DNA of 62,249 nt, filler included, from Bipalium vagum (Eukaryota): the NCBI GenBank assembly GCA_037834085.1. It is 3 parts of 3 records of this genome, joined end to end, with 100 filler letters (N's around TTAATTAATTAA, not from the genome) between each part and the next. Parts side by side here need not be neighbours in the genome. Positions count along the whole stretch, not along the records: positions 1 to 24,223 come from JBBMKC010201939.1; positions 24,324 to 44,540 come from JBBMKC010254796.1; 1 more part is not named here. The stretch is one strand, 5' to 3'. A program made the position numbers and the translations under genes. Positions 13,025-26,059 of the stretch are shown piece by piece (position 1 is the first letter of the stretch; each line of letters opens with the position of its first letter). The notes beneath the pieces were generated by a model. It worked only from the letters and a program-made list of their open reading frames with translations, was not told where the DNA came from and did no database searches.

Positions 13025-14039
13025 TTTTTGCAGCACCATTAATTTAATTTATTAATCAGGTTTTATTTTTATTACTTAGTATTTTATTTAAATAGTTCCA
13101 AAGGTCTTTTATGGATGGAAAAGTGTCAAAGATTTCCAATGATTTAAATGTAAATTTTTGGGAAAATATTGAATTGTTAGAAAGCTTCAAACTGACACAT
13201 GGGATTGAATTTAAGCCATTTGGGGTGAATCTGATACTATTACAAGTATCTTATAACCATGTGACCAAGCATGTTACAGGGCATTCCTTGCTTGAAAGAT
13301 TTAGTTGAGGTTTATTGTCAAAAATAATAGAGATAATGAAGTATTCTATTAGTTTCCTAAAAATCAATGTTTCTGGTGTATTCTTCATTATAAGTTTTCT
13401 TCGTTTTATGCATGTAATTCTTTTCCCCAACCACTATATCAAAAATATTTCATATCCAGATTTTATTTCACGATATTCGGATTATTATTCAAAATGTAGA
13501 CTTCGGCAATATTTCTTATCATAATAGAAGTTTGAATATTATCAGCGAAGATTTGCTGACAGCACCTTTGACAGACAAGGAAATAATTGGATTATTGATG
13601 AACATTCAAATAGAGAAAATTGAATTTACTGAAGAAAACGTTTCGACGACAATAAAGCCTTTTAATTCAAACTAACTAAGACATTAGAATGATGATTCTT
13701 TAAAAAGGAAAACATTTTACCCCAGTCCAATAATAAAGCGTTTTTGATACAATTCAGTTATTAAATACAGCAGTGAATTCAAACAACACCTGACAAAGAT
13801 ATGAGACTATTTCCATGAAATGTAAGAAAATCTTAATCTTTTTTTGGCTTGTATACTTTTAATCTTAAACAAGGTTTATTCGTTAATTTAATGTGCTACT
13901 TTTTAACAAAGATAAACTAGACAATAACTCTAAAATCTGAAAACGATTTTCACAAAAAAACGGATAACACGAAAGAAACTCGGATGTCTGTTGAGTTTCG
14001 TGTTAAGCGTGTTCAATTGTATTTACAATCAGTTTTAGT

Positions 14040-14260
14040 ACATAATTTTATTATTTAACCTAACTTTTCTATATCCATGTACAGAAGATACTCCTCCACG
14101 TATTCCTTTTTCTATTATTAATAAGTAATTCACTAAGAATAGGAACAGTTTGATTAATCCCATAAAAATGACTTCACACTCGGAACTTCAGAGAATTTAA
14201 GTATCAATAAAATATCACAAAAGATCACTTATCTTCATTTTAACCAAATATGTTTCAAGG
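14040..14260 (-). mobile_element. Probable Polinton/Maverick-type protein-primed DNA polymerase B relic
   Basis: SFLWD followed (after a frameshift) by IKLFLFLVNYLLIIEKGIRGGVS, resembling the PolB2 motif L.WD...L.L.TD.DMYL.IE.GIRGG.S. Flanking 13100-14560 is decayed coding-like DNA. Confidence 0.5.
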
Positions 14261-14902
14261 CTGAAAATCTCAAAGATTTATACGTATTACATTTTGTCAT
14301 TTTTGTCATTTTCAATCTTATTTTAAGATTAATTAAAATTTTGATGAAATTCCGTTTGATTACATTAGGTTCCCATTGTCATGGAACTATTTGGCAATTA
14401 CTTTGGAAATTCTGTGAATATATCTTGGCCATTCTTTTTCAATGTAACAATAATTTGGTCTTCATCGAACTAGAACGGCGAGTTTAATAAACCAATATTT
14501 GACAATCCTTCAAACTATTGAAATTTTTCAGTAAGTACTACAAATATACCAGACATCTAGAAATATTTAGATCTCGAGAATTACAGTCTTAAAATTAATC
14601 ATTCAGCCACTTATCATATTATTATTAAACAAAATTTATTGACAGAAAATACTGAGGTTTTGCAGAATACAAAAAGGTTTTCATATAAATTTGATTTACC
14701 AAATGATGTAAATAGTTTAAATACAATGTACAATATCATAGAAAAATCAAAGAGAAATATATTACAATTCGACATCAAAAATACATTTTTCAAGAAATAA
14801 TATTATTTTTAACCAATCAAATAAAATAAAAATATATTGAAACAATTTCTTAAAATTCCTTCAAAAAGAATAAAAATTGAAAAATTATATTTGGAAAAAT
14901 AC

Positions 14903-17900
14903 TCAGATATTTTGCTCCCTTCTCCATTTCAGTGCCATTCTGTGAGTTTTCATCATCAACAAATAGCTAAGCGCTGTCATAATGGAAACGACTCCCAAAT
15001 TGATCACTGCATAAATCATTCTAGGAACAAAGATTTTCCACGCCATTAAATGACGTCTGCTGTACCCGACCGAGACAAAGAGAGACAAAACCTAAAACCA
15101 ATTGTCGAATATAATCAACCATCAAAAGAATTTCCTTTAAATCTCATTCAATCGCTTCCGAAATCATTGATAATCATAGATACCAAAAATAAAAACAGCA
15201 ACAGATAAAAAGAATCTCACCATAACGGAATTGTAAACAACGTAGGCCAAGTAATACGTTTTCACCCAATTTTGAAATCGCGATGCCTCAGAATCGGTCT
15301 TAAAAAGATAGAAATCTCCACATTGAATTGAAGAAACAATCCTATCATCATTAGATTTGCTGACATAGCGATTTCCGAATGGATTGACTGGACCAAAAGA
15401 AATAAATATCGAAAACAATGGCAACAGAAGCCCGAAGAGAGTGATGACAATCTGAGCAGAGTAAATATTTGTGAGGACCATAAAAGCGGAAATAATGTTG
15501 GAAGGTTGATTGGTCTTTACACCGACAAATGCTGAATACCAGGGAATGTTCGAGATTGTCGCTTGATGTCCGGTGGCATAAAATCCAAATTGAGTTAAGA
15601 TTCCAAGAAATATCACCATCTCCACAATGGACACCGACTTGTAAATGTCTACAAAAATAGCCGTTCATTAATCAATCAAAAAGAAAACTGGAATACATTT
15701 TTTCAAATTATTTTTTCTCGATATAGACGACAGCCATCATTATTCATTAAGAATTCGTAAGTTAATAATAAAATTCAATTGACTCAAAATTTCAATAATT
15801 AATTCAATTAATATTATTGATTTAATAATCAATTTGAAATGAAAAATATTAAATTATAAAAATATCAAATTACTCTATTAGAAAATAAAATTTTGGAATA
15901 ATGGTAAAGTGGCTCCATAATGTATTCGTACCACCATTAAAATTACCATTTTGCTAAAAAGGTCTTTGATAAACAACTTTTAGTTGTTAAACCTTATTAT
16001 TTGTATTTCTCAACAATGAAAAACCTTTCGTCTTTCGTGTAGCCCTCCATTTTATTAATTCTATGAAAAAGACTTTACGAATCAATAAAACAATAATATG
16101 TTTTATTAAATACATTCGTTGTGTAAAAATTACTTTGTGCGAATTTTGGTACACTAATAATATAGTAATAAATTTGTAACATTGACATTTAAAAATCAAC
16201 AAAAAACATTAATTTTGTACAATTATGGACAATCAATCTTACATAAAGTATGAATACGTAACGTTACATTTTTATTCTTTTTCATACAAGTAAAATAATA
16301 ACACTAAAAAATATTTTGCTATTATTGGTTTAAATTGTTAATTGAAACTTATTTTTATTCTATATTTTATAAATTTCTCAATAAATCGTTATTTTCACTG
16401 CAGCTCGAATACTTTATGGTCATATTAATAATGGTAGTAATGATAATAATAATTAATATTAATAATAAATAATAATAATAGTTACCACTGTCATGTTGCT
16501 TGACAGAAAAGTTGGTCAAAACGGAATAGGAGAAGAGAACCGCCACTGTCGAAACGAGACCGATAACAAATTGCAATTTGAGAAACACGCTAACAAAAAC
16601 GCAACTCGCAACAAGTCCTGTAAGAAGGAAAGAAGAGTAAACATTCCCCAGACCGAAAACTGTGATTGTTTTATCTTCTGTATGGACATTTTTTAGATAT
16701 CGAAACAACGACGGAATATCGAGGGAATCCTTGAAATCGATACATCGCTGGACATGAAGCATGAGCAACGGTCTGAGCAACAAAATGACCATCAGAATAG
16801 CAACGGAAACGATAACAATGCGTGGGAAAAAAACCGTTACCATTCGAGCGACATCGGAAAACGAAGACGATTCTCTGACAAATGTCATGGAATGAAAACA
16901 GAATAAACAGAGCCCAGAAAACGGGAGCAGGAATTTGACAGTGATCGCGTTGAGATCAGTCGATGAAAGATTTCCCGATCGATTGAGCCACAATCGATGA
17001 CAAACCAGGACGACTGGAATGAAAAACAACGAAAAATGAACCAGACCATCATTGATTGGGTTCAGATCGTACGAACAGAACGAGCGCTGTTCCTCTCGAC
17101 AGATTTTATATTTCAGTCCCAAATTCAAGGAGAACGAACCCAGCAAGAAAAACAGCACAATAAAGAACGATCTGCGAACATTCCACAGAACGGCAGCCTT
17201 TAGTGACATTATCCCAATTCGATCGATTGGTTTTTTCGATTTTGTTCCACCAGTCGAAGTCATCTCGAAAATCGATGAAGAAATCGATTGTGACAGTTTG
17301 ATGAGTAGAATCGTTTGGAGAAAATATCGACTAATTTTGTCTTCTGAAACGATGAAACTGTTGGAAAAGCCCAAAATGATATTGATCAGACCGATAGAGT
17401 AGATAATCAATTTTCCCATGTTCGTGCCAATCAGAAAATCAGGTGTTGTGATCGATTGATATTTTGTTAGATTACACAGCTCGTAAACAATCAAAACAAT
17501 GAAAACGATCGAGAACAGGAACGTATCTTTCCCGAAGAAATATTGAACAATGGCCAGTGACAGGTAAAAGAGATGGAGTAAAAAATCAACAACTATTCCG
17601 TTCAGTTGTACTCCGCCACCGCCGCAGGCGCCGTAGCGGATGAGATAATTGATTTTTGACAACAAAAACAAAACCAGACCACAAATACCGCTGGAAATGA
17701 AAGGCAAAGAAAATTTGGTCCATTTCAGTTGGAAATGAATTTGGATTTTTTTCAGTTGACCAATGGAATGGTTGGTGTCGTTGAAGGAGACAGGAGTTTG
17801 AAGAAACTGTTTTATGTCCTCAGGAAAGAGAAGATTTTCGAATTTGCTCTCATACGATCGAATATATTTGGAAATCTAAATCGAAATCAGATTCAGTATT

Positions 17901-19782
17901 GATTTTCAGAAAATTAAGTATGAAAATCAATAAAAACTTATATGGTATAATTTTTTCGATACAAACATCGATTTTTTTTATGATATAAAAAATTTTAATC
18001 GATTGAAAAATCAATAATGTCATACACACATGACTAGGGATATCAATAAATATGTATACCAATATTCTATACTTGACCGGATTCAATTTATTTTTGGTGT
18101 CACAACAAATTTAATCGATTTCCAAATAGTCAGTACCAAGAAAAAATCGATTATTGACTTTTAAATTAAATTCAACAAAAATTCAAAGCAATAAAATAAA
18201 CAAACTTATTTTCAATAAATCTTTGGAAATAATCGATAATAATAAATCGATTGAGTTTAAATTAATTTTATATTAAACTTATAATCGATTCATTCTTAAT
18301 TATAATTTTTAATGAAAATTTTCGATATTAATCAATAAATTTCACCATTGAAAATATAATTATCGATTATTATTATTTATAAAATTATATTTTATTGATT
18401 CTGGTCATAATTGGTAATGCCGATAAAATGCAAAATTATTAGTTTTATTGATCTCTATTTCAAATCAAACTGGTTATTGTGAGAAAAAGAATGTTGTAAC
18501 GATCAAAGACGGTTTTAAAAATAAATAATTTGTGAGGGTTGATCGAACAGACAATTGATAGATCCATCACGAACAGTTTTCATTTGATTAGTAAACATTA
18601 CATAATCAACTGTTCATCGTGTTGCACCCCGTGAGACAAGTTGATATTTCATACCTGTTTAACGTTCTGATCAACGTAGAACCGAGCGCGACCGATCGAT
18701 GTGAGCATATCAGGTCTGACAACGCCTAGGTTGGAGAATGGAATCGGGACCCCCGTTATGGCAGCCAGGGTGGGTACGAGGTCGATTTGCAATATGGAAT
18801 GCGCTCCAGTTGTATCAGATGAGGCGATATTTAGCTTTTTGCCTGACACCATGAAGAGTGCAGCGTCAATTTCTTCTTTGGAATCTCCTCCATGGTCACC
18901 AGATGCTGTCATTCCGTGATCGCCGAACATGATGAATAGTGTGTCTTTGTCTATTGATTCAATAATTTTTCTGATGATAAAATTATCAATAAATGTAACG
19001 GATGGAAAAATTCTATATTACTTTATTAAATCGTTGACTTCAATTAGTTTCCGTCTCATTTGCGGATGATCTTTACCGAATTTGTGGCCACAATGATCAA
19101 CACCCAACATGTGCCCGATGATTATCTCAGGATGATAATGTGAACCTTTTGTTTTGTGGGAAATGTGATTTATAATGAATTCTTGAACATTTTTATCGAT
19201 TGTATCCAAATCTTCAATGTTGAATGACGGAAACGAAGATGATTTGTTGAATCTAAGTGGGTATCAATTGTGACAATTGAAATAGCTTAACAACTTGTTG
19301 GGAAATAGACTCATCCAGGTATCGTCACCGACAAATTTCAAATCAAACCCATTATTTACCCACTGATTTATGATATTGTCTTCTTGCAAGTCTGAGCTTC
19401 CGAAATTATTACTGATATCTATAAAAGTTGGTAGACTTCCAGTTGTAAAAGCCTTTATTCTCTGTAAGGTTGTTGTAGGAGGGTCGGCTATAAAATGTGT
19501 TAAATATACGTTTTTAGATCTCTCTTTAATCAATGAATCAATGATTTTCATATTTCCATTATAAATATGGGCAGATAATTTTGGATCAACGAATTCATAC
19601 TTTAAGGCATCAACCACTAATAAAATAATTCTTTTATACGGTGAATATTTGCAATAGGCACTATCTGTATCACAAGAATTAATTTCATATATTTCTGATC
19701 TGTTTAACAAAAATCCATAAAGAAAAATATAAATGCTTAAAAATATTCCAATAATTAATACAATAAGAGATTTGTTGTACAT
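14903..19782 (-). CDS. PIGO: GPI ethanolamine phosphate transferase 3 (PIG-O/Gpi13), 6 exons: 19782-19295, 19252-19022, 18970-18655, 17875-16486, 15648-15221, 15091-14903 (3042 nt, 1013 aa)
   Basis: Diagnostic motifs VVDALKYEF, ADPPTTTLQRIKAFTTGSLPTFID, GDDTW, FPSFNIEDLDTID, HMLGVDHCGH, GDHGMTASGDHGG, QIDLVPT, IPFSNLG, FYATGHQ, RRHLMAWKIFVP. All five introns are GT-AG (42, 51, 779, 837, 129 nt) and keep the frame. PPTTT.QR favours PIGO over PIGG. Confidence 0.95.
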
Positions 19783-19978
19783 CACATAAAATTAGTAATT
19801 ATAAAAGTTTTTGAAAATTTATAGAAGACTATATTATTAAAACAAGAAATTTTAACTGATCCGTGCAAATTAAACATATTTTTTATAAATATTAGAAAAG
19901 AAAACATCATAAAAGTCTTAAGTCTCACAAAAAATTGTAAATATTGTAAAATAAAATAAAATACATGTAAGACATATA

Positions 19979-21224
19979 TTATGGTGGTCGGAAAATCTTT
20001 AAACTAATTTAAGGTAAATCTAAAAACTTCATAAAATATATAAAACAAAATTTTATTCTTTAAAATATAGTCCTTTGTGATCAATAGTCTTCTGCCATGT
20101 TTCCGCAAGCTGATTAATACATCGAGCATATTTGTCGTTGGAATAAAAATTATCAGCAGGCATTTTAGACCTCTTCACCGAATCGAAAGTGTCTTCAAAG
20201 TAAATGTGCCATTGACCTGAATAGGTGATAATCAGAAGACGCTAGGTCTGGATTGTAGGCTGCATCAGGGAGAAGATCAAACTGCAGCTCTTCAATTTTT
20301 GAGACTTTTTCTTCGAAATATGCCGTTTGGCATTATCATATTGATTGACTAAGGAAGGATAACTGGACCTCAAAGCTTCAAGCGCACAGTCTAATTACAT
20401 TCAACAGAATACGGCATTGACGGTTTGCACCCTTTAAAGAAGCTCAAAATGCACTATTCTCTCGTAATTCTACCAAACGAAGAGAAGAACCTTTTTTGCA
20501 AAGCGTTCTCTTTTTGTGGTACCGCAAGAGCTTGTTGGTTTGAATCGAACCATTGATTTTGACTGATAAAATAAATCCATTTGATTTGATTTGATGATTT
20601 TGTTTTAAAAAAACCTTTCATTATATGGGTTACATAACAATTTTCAAAAAATTTCGATCCTTCGCTTTTCTTGCTCATAGATTATCTCGTGAGGGATTTC
20701 CCTACATCGTTTGTTAACTTTTTTTCAATCTATACAAATGATTATGGACTGTTGATTTGGCCAAATTTAGTTCTCTTGAAAGTCTTAGTTGACTTATAAT
20801 GGATTTTCTTCAACAGCTTGATTTATGACCTCGGAATCAATCAATAACGGGCGTTCGGTACATGGTTGGTCATCGTCATCAAATCGGCCATTTTTAAATT
20901 TCTGATATCAGTTAAAAGCTGTTGTACGCCTAACAGCGCCATTGCCTTGTGTATAGCAAATATTTCGGATCGCTTCTTTGACATTATTTACTAACTGGAA
21001 CTCGTGCAGCAAAAACTCATGAATTACGTAATTGTTAGTTTCCATTTCATATATAAGAATTATAAAGGGATTAAATAAAAACCTAAGAATCAATATACTA
21101 TTTGATTTTGTAAAAAAATCCTTTAATTTGATATATAACAATTACTAATAAATTATTAATGCAACAATAAAATATAGCAAAAAAATTACCAATAAATAGT
21201 CTAAGGCCTCTCCGATGACCCTAA
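19979..21224 (-). mobile_element. Full-length (1246 bp) decayed mariner with both TIRs
   Basis: TA-flanked TIRs TTATGGTGGTCGGAAAATCTTTAAACTA and reverse complement TTAGGGTCATCGGAGAGGCCTTAGACTA. METNNYVIHEFLLHEFQL..EAIRNIC, KWIYF, AYNPDLASSDYHLFR. Confidence 0.9.
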
Positions 21225-22044
21225 TATATAAATAAAGTAAGCCTAACAGGATACATCTGCTTAATAAATATTTATTTGAGTTATAAATAAAATAAAATAG
21301 TTATTGGGAGCTTTGAAAACATGTAGTTCATCTACATTTGTTCCTGTTTATTAGATTACATTGATGATTTTAATTTCATAGTGAAAATTGTGTTGCATGT
21401 ATATTTTAAAAATTTTGTCAACAGCTGGTAGTCAGATGATCTCTTTTACACTTTTTTCCAAGCAGCTGGTTTGATCACCAACAGTTGTATTTACATATTC
21501 TTAGTTTTCATCAAATATTTCCCTTTATAAAAGCAAGTCTACGACCAAAAGGCTTAAGAAGTCACCTCATGATGTTTATTGTGATCGAAGTCGTGTATTC
21601 ACATTCAGGACTAATGGTCAACCTGTTCTGAATTTATCTTATTTTGGTATACTTCAATTTGGATGGACCGTAATTTTTAATACATTACTAGTGTCCGTTT
21701 TAAAAAAAATCAGAAAATTTTTGAAATTGTAGAGAAATAAATAATGATCTAATAAATAATGTTGAGATTGTGACTCCTCGCGGACTAGGGGCAAAAAGAG
21801 GATAAGGCTAGTTTTTGAAAGACTTTACTAGGCCCATTATCAATCTCAATTATCATGAAGGGTATCATGTGATTCAGAATATTTTTTTTGCGTTTTAACA
21901 AATTTATACTGTGATTATTTTGATTTAATTTGGGATGCGAGTAAGGTTTTATTGTGAGGATTTTGAATCAATTGAGTTTAAATTTGTGTAACGGTAAAAG
22001 TGAACCGAACATAACATTAGAAAATGAGGAGTTATTGATTTCAA

Positions 22045-22530
22045 GTGAGTTACTTATTTCAGTTTAATAGGATAGATACCATAAAGAAAATTGTGGAAGA
22101 TCAATTTTTCATAGGATTATTGCATCCGCTTAGAACGGCATTAGGACTCGCTGATTACAAAGATATGGATGAATTATTGCAAAAAGCGAGAAGAGCAGAG
22201 ATAAATATTAAAGGAAACCCACCGATGATTTGTGAAGTTGAAGTTAATCGAAAAGATAATAGCAAGAACCATGGAAAACAAGAGTGATAATCGAGAACAG
22301 GTACCAAAGAAGTGTTATAATTGTCAGAGAATGGGACATTTGGCAAGGCAATGTCGAGAACAGAAAAGAAATTCCAGAGGGCCGAGATAGAGATCAGAAG
22401 ATGGCACCAGATGTAGTTTGTAGAAATGCAATGAGGTTGAAAATTTTGCACGGGTATGTAAAATAAAGATTTGCAGACATTGTAATAAAAGAGGACACTT
22501 AGAAGAGACATGTTGGATAACAAAAGCCAA
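22045..22530 (+). mobile_element. LTR-retrotransposon Gag C-terminal relic with CCHC zinc knuckles
   Basis: DQFFIGL...LLQKARRAE, then CYNCQRMGHLARQC (22313-22354), a degenerate middle knuckle, and CRHCNKRGHLEETC (22472-22513). Confidence 0.8.
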
Positions 22531-22559
22531 ACTGATCATGTATAATATTTTATAATCTC

Positions 22560-23081
22560 ACAACAAAAGTACTTCACTCTGTTGCAATCTCTTCTTCTGT
22601 TTCGATTTGGACAATCGTTTTAATTTTTCACAACTGTAAAAGATAACCTCTGACTTGGTTCTTTCGGCTGTTGTCTGGTTTCATTTTTGTAGACGCTATT
22701 ATTATATTTTTTGTGATAAACGGAGCTTGGTTTTACCTTTTCGAATCTTTTTCTTAACGCATCTCTATAAGATACCACATTTACTTCTTCTGGCACCAAT
22801 CTTCCTTTATCAAATTTCTTCATTTCATCTACAAATTCTTCATAGCCGGTCTTTGGATCTATTAATTCATACTTCTCTCAAAGTTCGTTCGCTAGCAATC
22901 CAATGACGGCTAATTCTCTAACGTTTTTTGGTAATCCCAACATGTCGAAATAATCTTTACACCTGTGTAGAAACCTATCGACATCATCTGATCTTTGAGA
23001 TAATTCTGGCCTGAGTAATTCGGCTAAAAATTATCTGGTGTTGGTCGTCATTTTAGCAGTGATATCAACAAAATCAGTCAT
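22560..23081 (-). mobile_element. Second Gag-like relic (N-terminal part), convergent with the first
   Basis: Long frame with 2 stops: LAELLRPELSQRSDDVDRFLHRCKDYFDMLGL..., resembling the Gypsy gag N-terminal (P..F....D...FL..C..YF) pattern. Confidence 0.55.
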
Positions 23082-24149
23082 AGTTTGAACAATATATTTT
23101 GAATGTCTTTTTAAAAAGATAATACTTAAACAAATTTTCCATTCTTAATAAATTAATATATTGTGCCATTAAATATCAAGATTGATTTCAATATAAATTA
23201 TTTTAAAATAAATATTAAAATTAAATTTAATTAATTAAAAATTTAAATTAGACCCAAAATAAAAATTTTAAAATTAGAAATCAGCTTAAATACTCACATA
23301 ATAATAATAATAATTTTTTAATTTTTACAATGTCAACTTGTCAAGCTTTGATTAAGTTCAAAATTATGGATTGGTTTTGGAGTTAAAAGAATAAAAAGAG
23401 ATTGACGTTCCCACACACATACTCATTCGTTCGTCAAAAAAGTGTTTACAAAAAAAGTACACTTAGCTGGCTAATATTAAGAGAAGTCAACAAAGTGAAT
23501 GCGTCAGTGTAGGAATGATTTTTTTCAATTTTGAATTAATTTGAGACAGAAGGATTTTTGGAGCAGATCAAATTTTTTAGGTTAAGTTTTTATGAATTTT
23601 ATGCGACAGGATTCAATGATGGGTCCTGTATGATTCGGTCGTTTATAAGGAAATCAGTTTGAACTTATCTAACGATCCAAGGACTCATTGCCAGTAGATA
23701 TTGAGAGTTTGTTCTTCGGTTTTTCAATTTTTTCTTGAATATTGTTACATTTAACGTAGCAGTATTGATTAATTTTTAATAGTAATTTAGTTGATTTTAA
23801 TAATATTTAATAATATTTGATTCTGTCATTATTTAATATTCTTAAGTTATTTTGATATTTAACAACAATTGGTTATTTTGATCATCCATTATTTGAATAT
23901 TTACTAATTATTACCACTTAAATATATAACCTGTGAAAAATATTCATTGATTATTAGCGTTTTTCACCTGGAGTGTTTGTATCATTGTTAATTTCGATCG
24001 TCTGTATAGACTCCCATTGATTTTAGTAATTAATTGTTATAAAATAATAAACTTTATTGTGATTATTTTAATTCAATTTTTGAATGAGCATGGTAAGATC
24101 ATAAGTGAAAAAGCCACTAAAAATCACGAGCCAAAGATTGCATTATTTA

Positions 24150-24223
24150 TTAGGTTGGTGCAAAAGTAATGCAATCGACTTTGTTTTGTATAGACAGTCG
24201 TATTTCATTAGTAAAATCAGTGT
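24150..24223 (+). mobile_element. Mariner TIR cut off by assembly join
   Basis: TA-TTAGGTTGGTGCAAAAGTAATGC matches the Hsmar1-type TIR; sequence ends at the spacer. Confidence 0.75.
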
Positions 24224-24323
24224 NNNNNNNNNNNNNNNNNNNNNNNNNNNNNNNNNNNNNNNNNNNNTTAATTAATTAANNNNNNNNNNNNNNNNNNNNN
24301 NNNNNNNNNNNNNNNNNNNNNNN
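24224..24323. other. Artificial 100-bp scaffold spacer
   Basis: 44 N + TTAATTAATTAA (stops in all six frames) + 44 N; identical to 44541-44640. Confidence 0.95.

Positions 24324-24391
<68 letters not shown>
24324..24391 (+). repeat. (TAT)n microsatellite at contig end
   Basis: About 22 perfect TAT units. Confidence 0.95.
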
Positions 24392-24393
<2 letters not shown>

Positions 24394-24475
24394 TTTAATC
24401 CAATAAAATTAACTTATCGATTAAACATTTCAAAGAATTTAATTTTTCGTTTTACTGAAAATTACTGAAAATTAA

Positions 24476-24959
24476 AACAATTGCTGGGTGATAATGGTCA
24501 ACTGAAATTATAAAAATAAAATATAAAAAAATTATTAATTAAATTTGAAATTTTTTTCTTAAAATCTAAGTAATTATTGAAATATAAAATCAATAAATAA
24601 TTATAACATTCTTTCAATTGATTTTTTCTTATTATTTTGATTAAAGATGCTTAATCCATTGAAGGGTAAAAAGTAGAAAAATAATCGATGAAGCGAAACA
24701 TTATACTCAGTAACAAATTTATTAATTAATAGATTTTTAGAAGTCGGAAATTTTTATATTATTAATTATAGCAACAAAAAATCATCAGAATTGATAATAA
24801 ATACATAAATGGGAAATAAATCATAAATATAATAAATAAAATAAATTAATAAATAAATATATAATTAAATAATACCGTCATTTGACACATAATCTGTAAC
24901 AATTGCTGGGTGATAATGGTCAACTGAAATTATAAAAATAAAATATAAAAAAATTATTA
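24476..24959. repeat. 62-bp exact direct duplication (24476-24537 and 24898-24959)
   Basis: AACAATTGCTGGGTGATAATGGTCAACTGAAATTATAAAAATAAAATATAAAAAAATTATTA occurs twice, offset 422. Confidence 0.9.
24876..24923 (-). CDS. Candidate 48-nt symmetric coding exon
   Basis: Acceptor TTTTTATAATTTCAG, donor G|GTATTA. Phase-1 reading (V)DHYHPAIVTDYVSND(G); GC-richer than flanks. Confidence 0.5.
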
Positions 24960-26059
24960 GAATAATAAAAAATATTAATAAATAAATATTAATAATTCTC
25001 AAGAGTTCATAATATTTATAAAAATTCAATTGTGTAAAGATTAATTATATTCATTTTAATTATTTTATATGTATTATTAATTAATACTAATATGTTGCTG
25101 ATTAAAATAATTTAATGTAAAATAAATAAACTGAATATTTTTTTGTTTTCTTTTTCCAAAAATGAGTATTTTGCGATAAAAGAGACCGTTTCACACAGTA
25201 TTGGGTTATATTATGAAATAACAAACAGAAATTTGTTTAAATCTCTTATGCTCATCATCTTGAGATTGAATGAATTTAAAATTATTTTAAATCACGTAAA
25301 GATTTATGAGAAATTTTGAAATAAATATAAAAAAATTACACTTTTAGTAAATAATTAATTAATTAAATTTCTTTTACAATGATATATTTAATTTTAAATA
25401 AATAAAATATTTTTTTCATATTTTTATCCCTTTTCCTTGTATATTATTATAATTATAATTTTAATTATTTTATTATAAAACTTTCTTCACAGTAAAATGC
25501 CACATTTAATAGCAAACTTATTCAATAATAGTTATAGACAGTTTTTAAATCTCATTTGATTAGCAATGAGAAATTATTTTTCTATTTATATTACTAAAAT
25601 AATTCTATATATAAAGAATAAATATTATAAGAAATATAATAATAATATATTAAGAAAACAGACCATTTCCCTTAATATATGATAAAAAAATAAGATAAAT
25701 ATTTTTTTATTTGTAAAGGGAAGAATTAATTAATCAATTGTCATCAATCTAATTTGATTTATTCAAACAAAACGTAAATATCATTTTTAAATGAATCATA
25801 AATTTGTAAAATATTTAAAATTAAAGTTTTATTTGTTGTTTGTCATTAGTAATTGAAAAAATCAAAATCCCACGGAATTAAAATTTTTATTTAATCCTAG
25901 AAATTATTGACCACTAATCTCACTAAAAATAAATTAAAAAATAATTTACTTAATCAGTAAAACAGATTTAAATCAGTGAAACTTTATTTAATATAATTTA
26001 TTTAATAATAATAGTAATTATTATTATTATTTTAATATAACTATTTATTATTAAAAATA

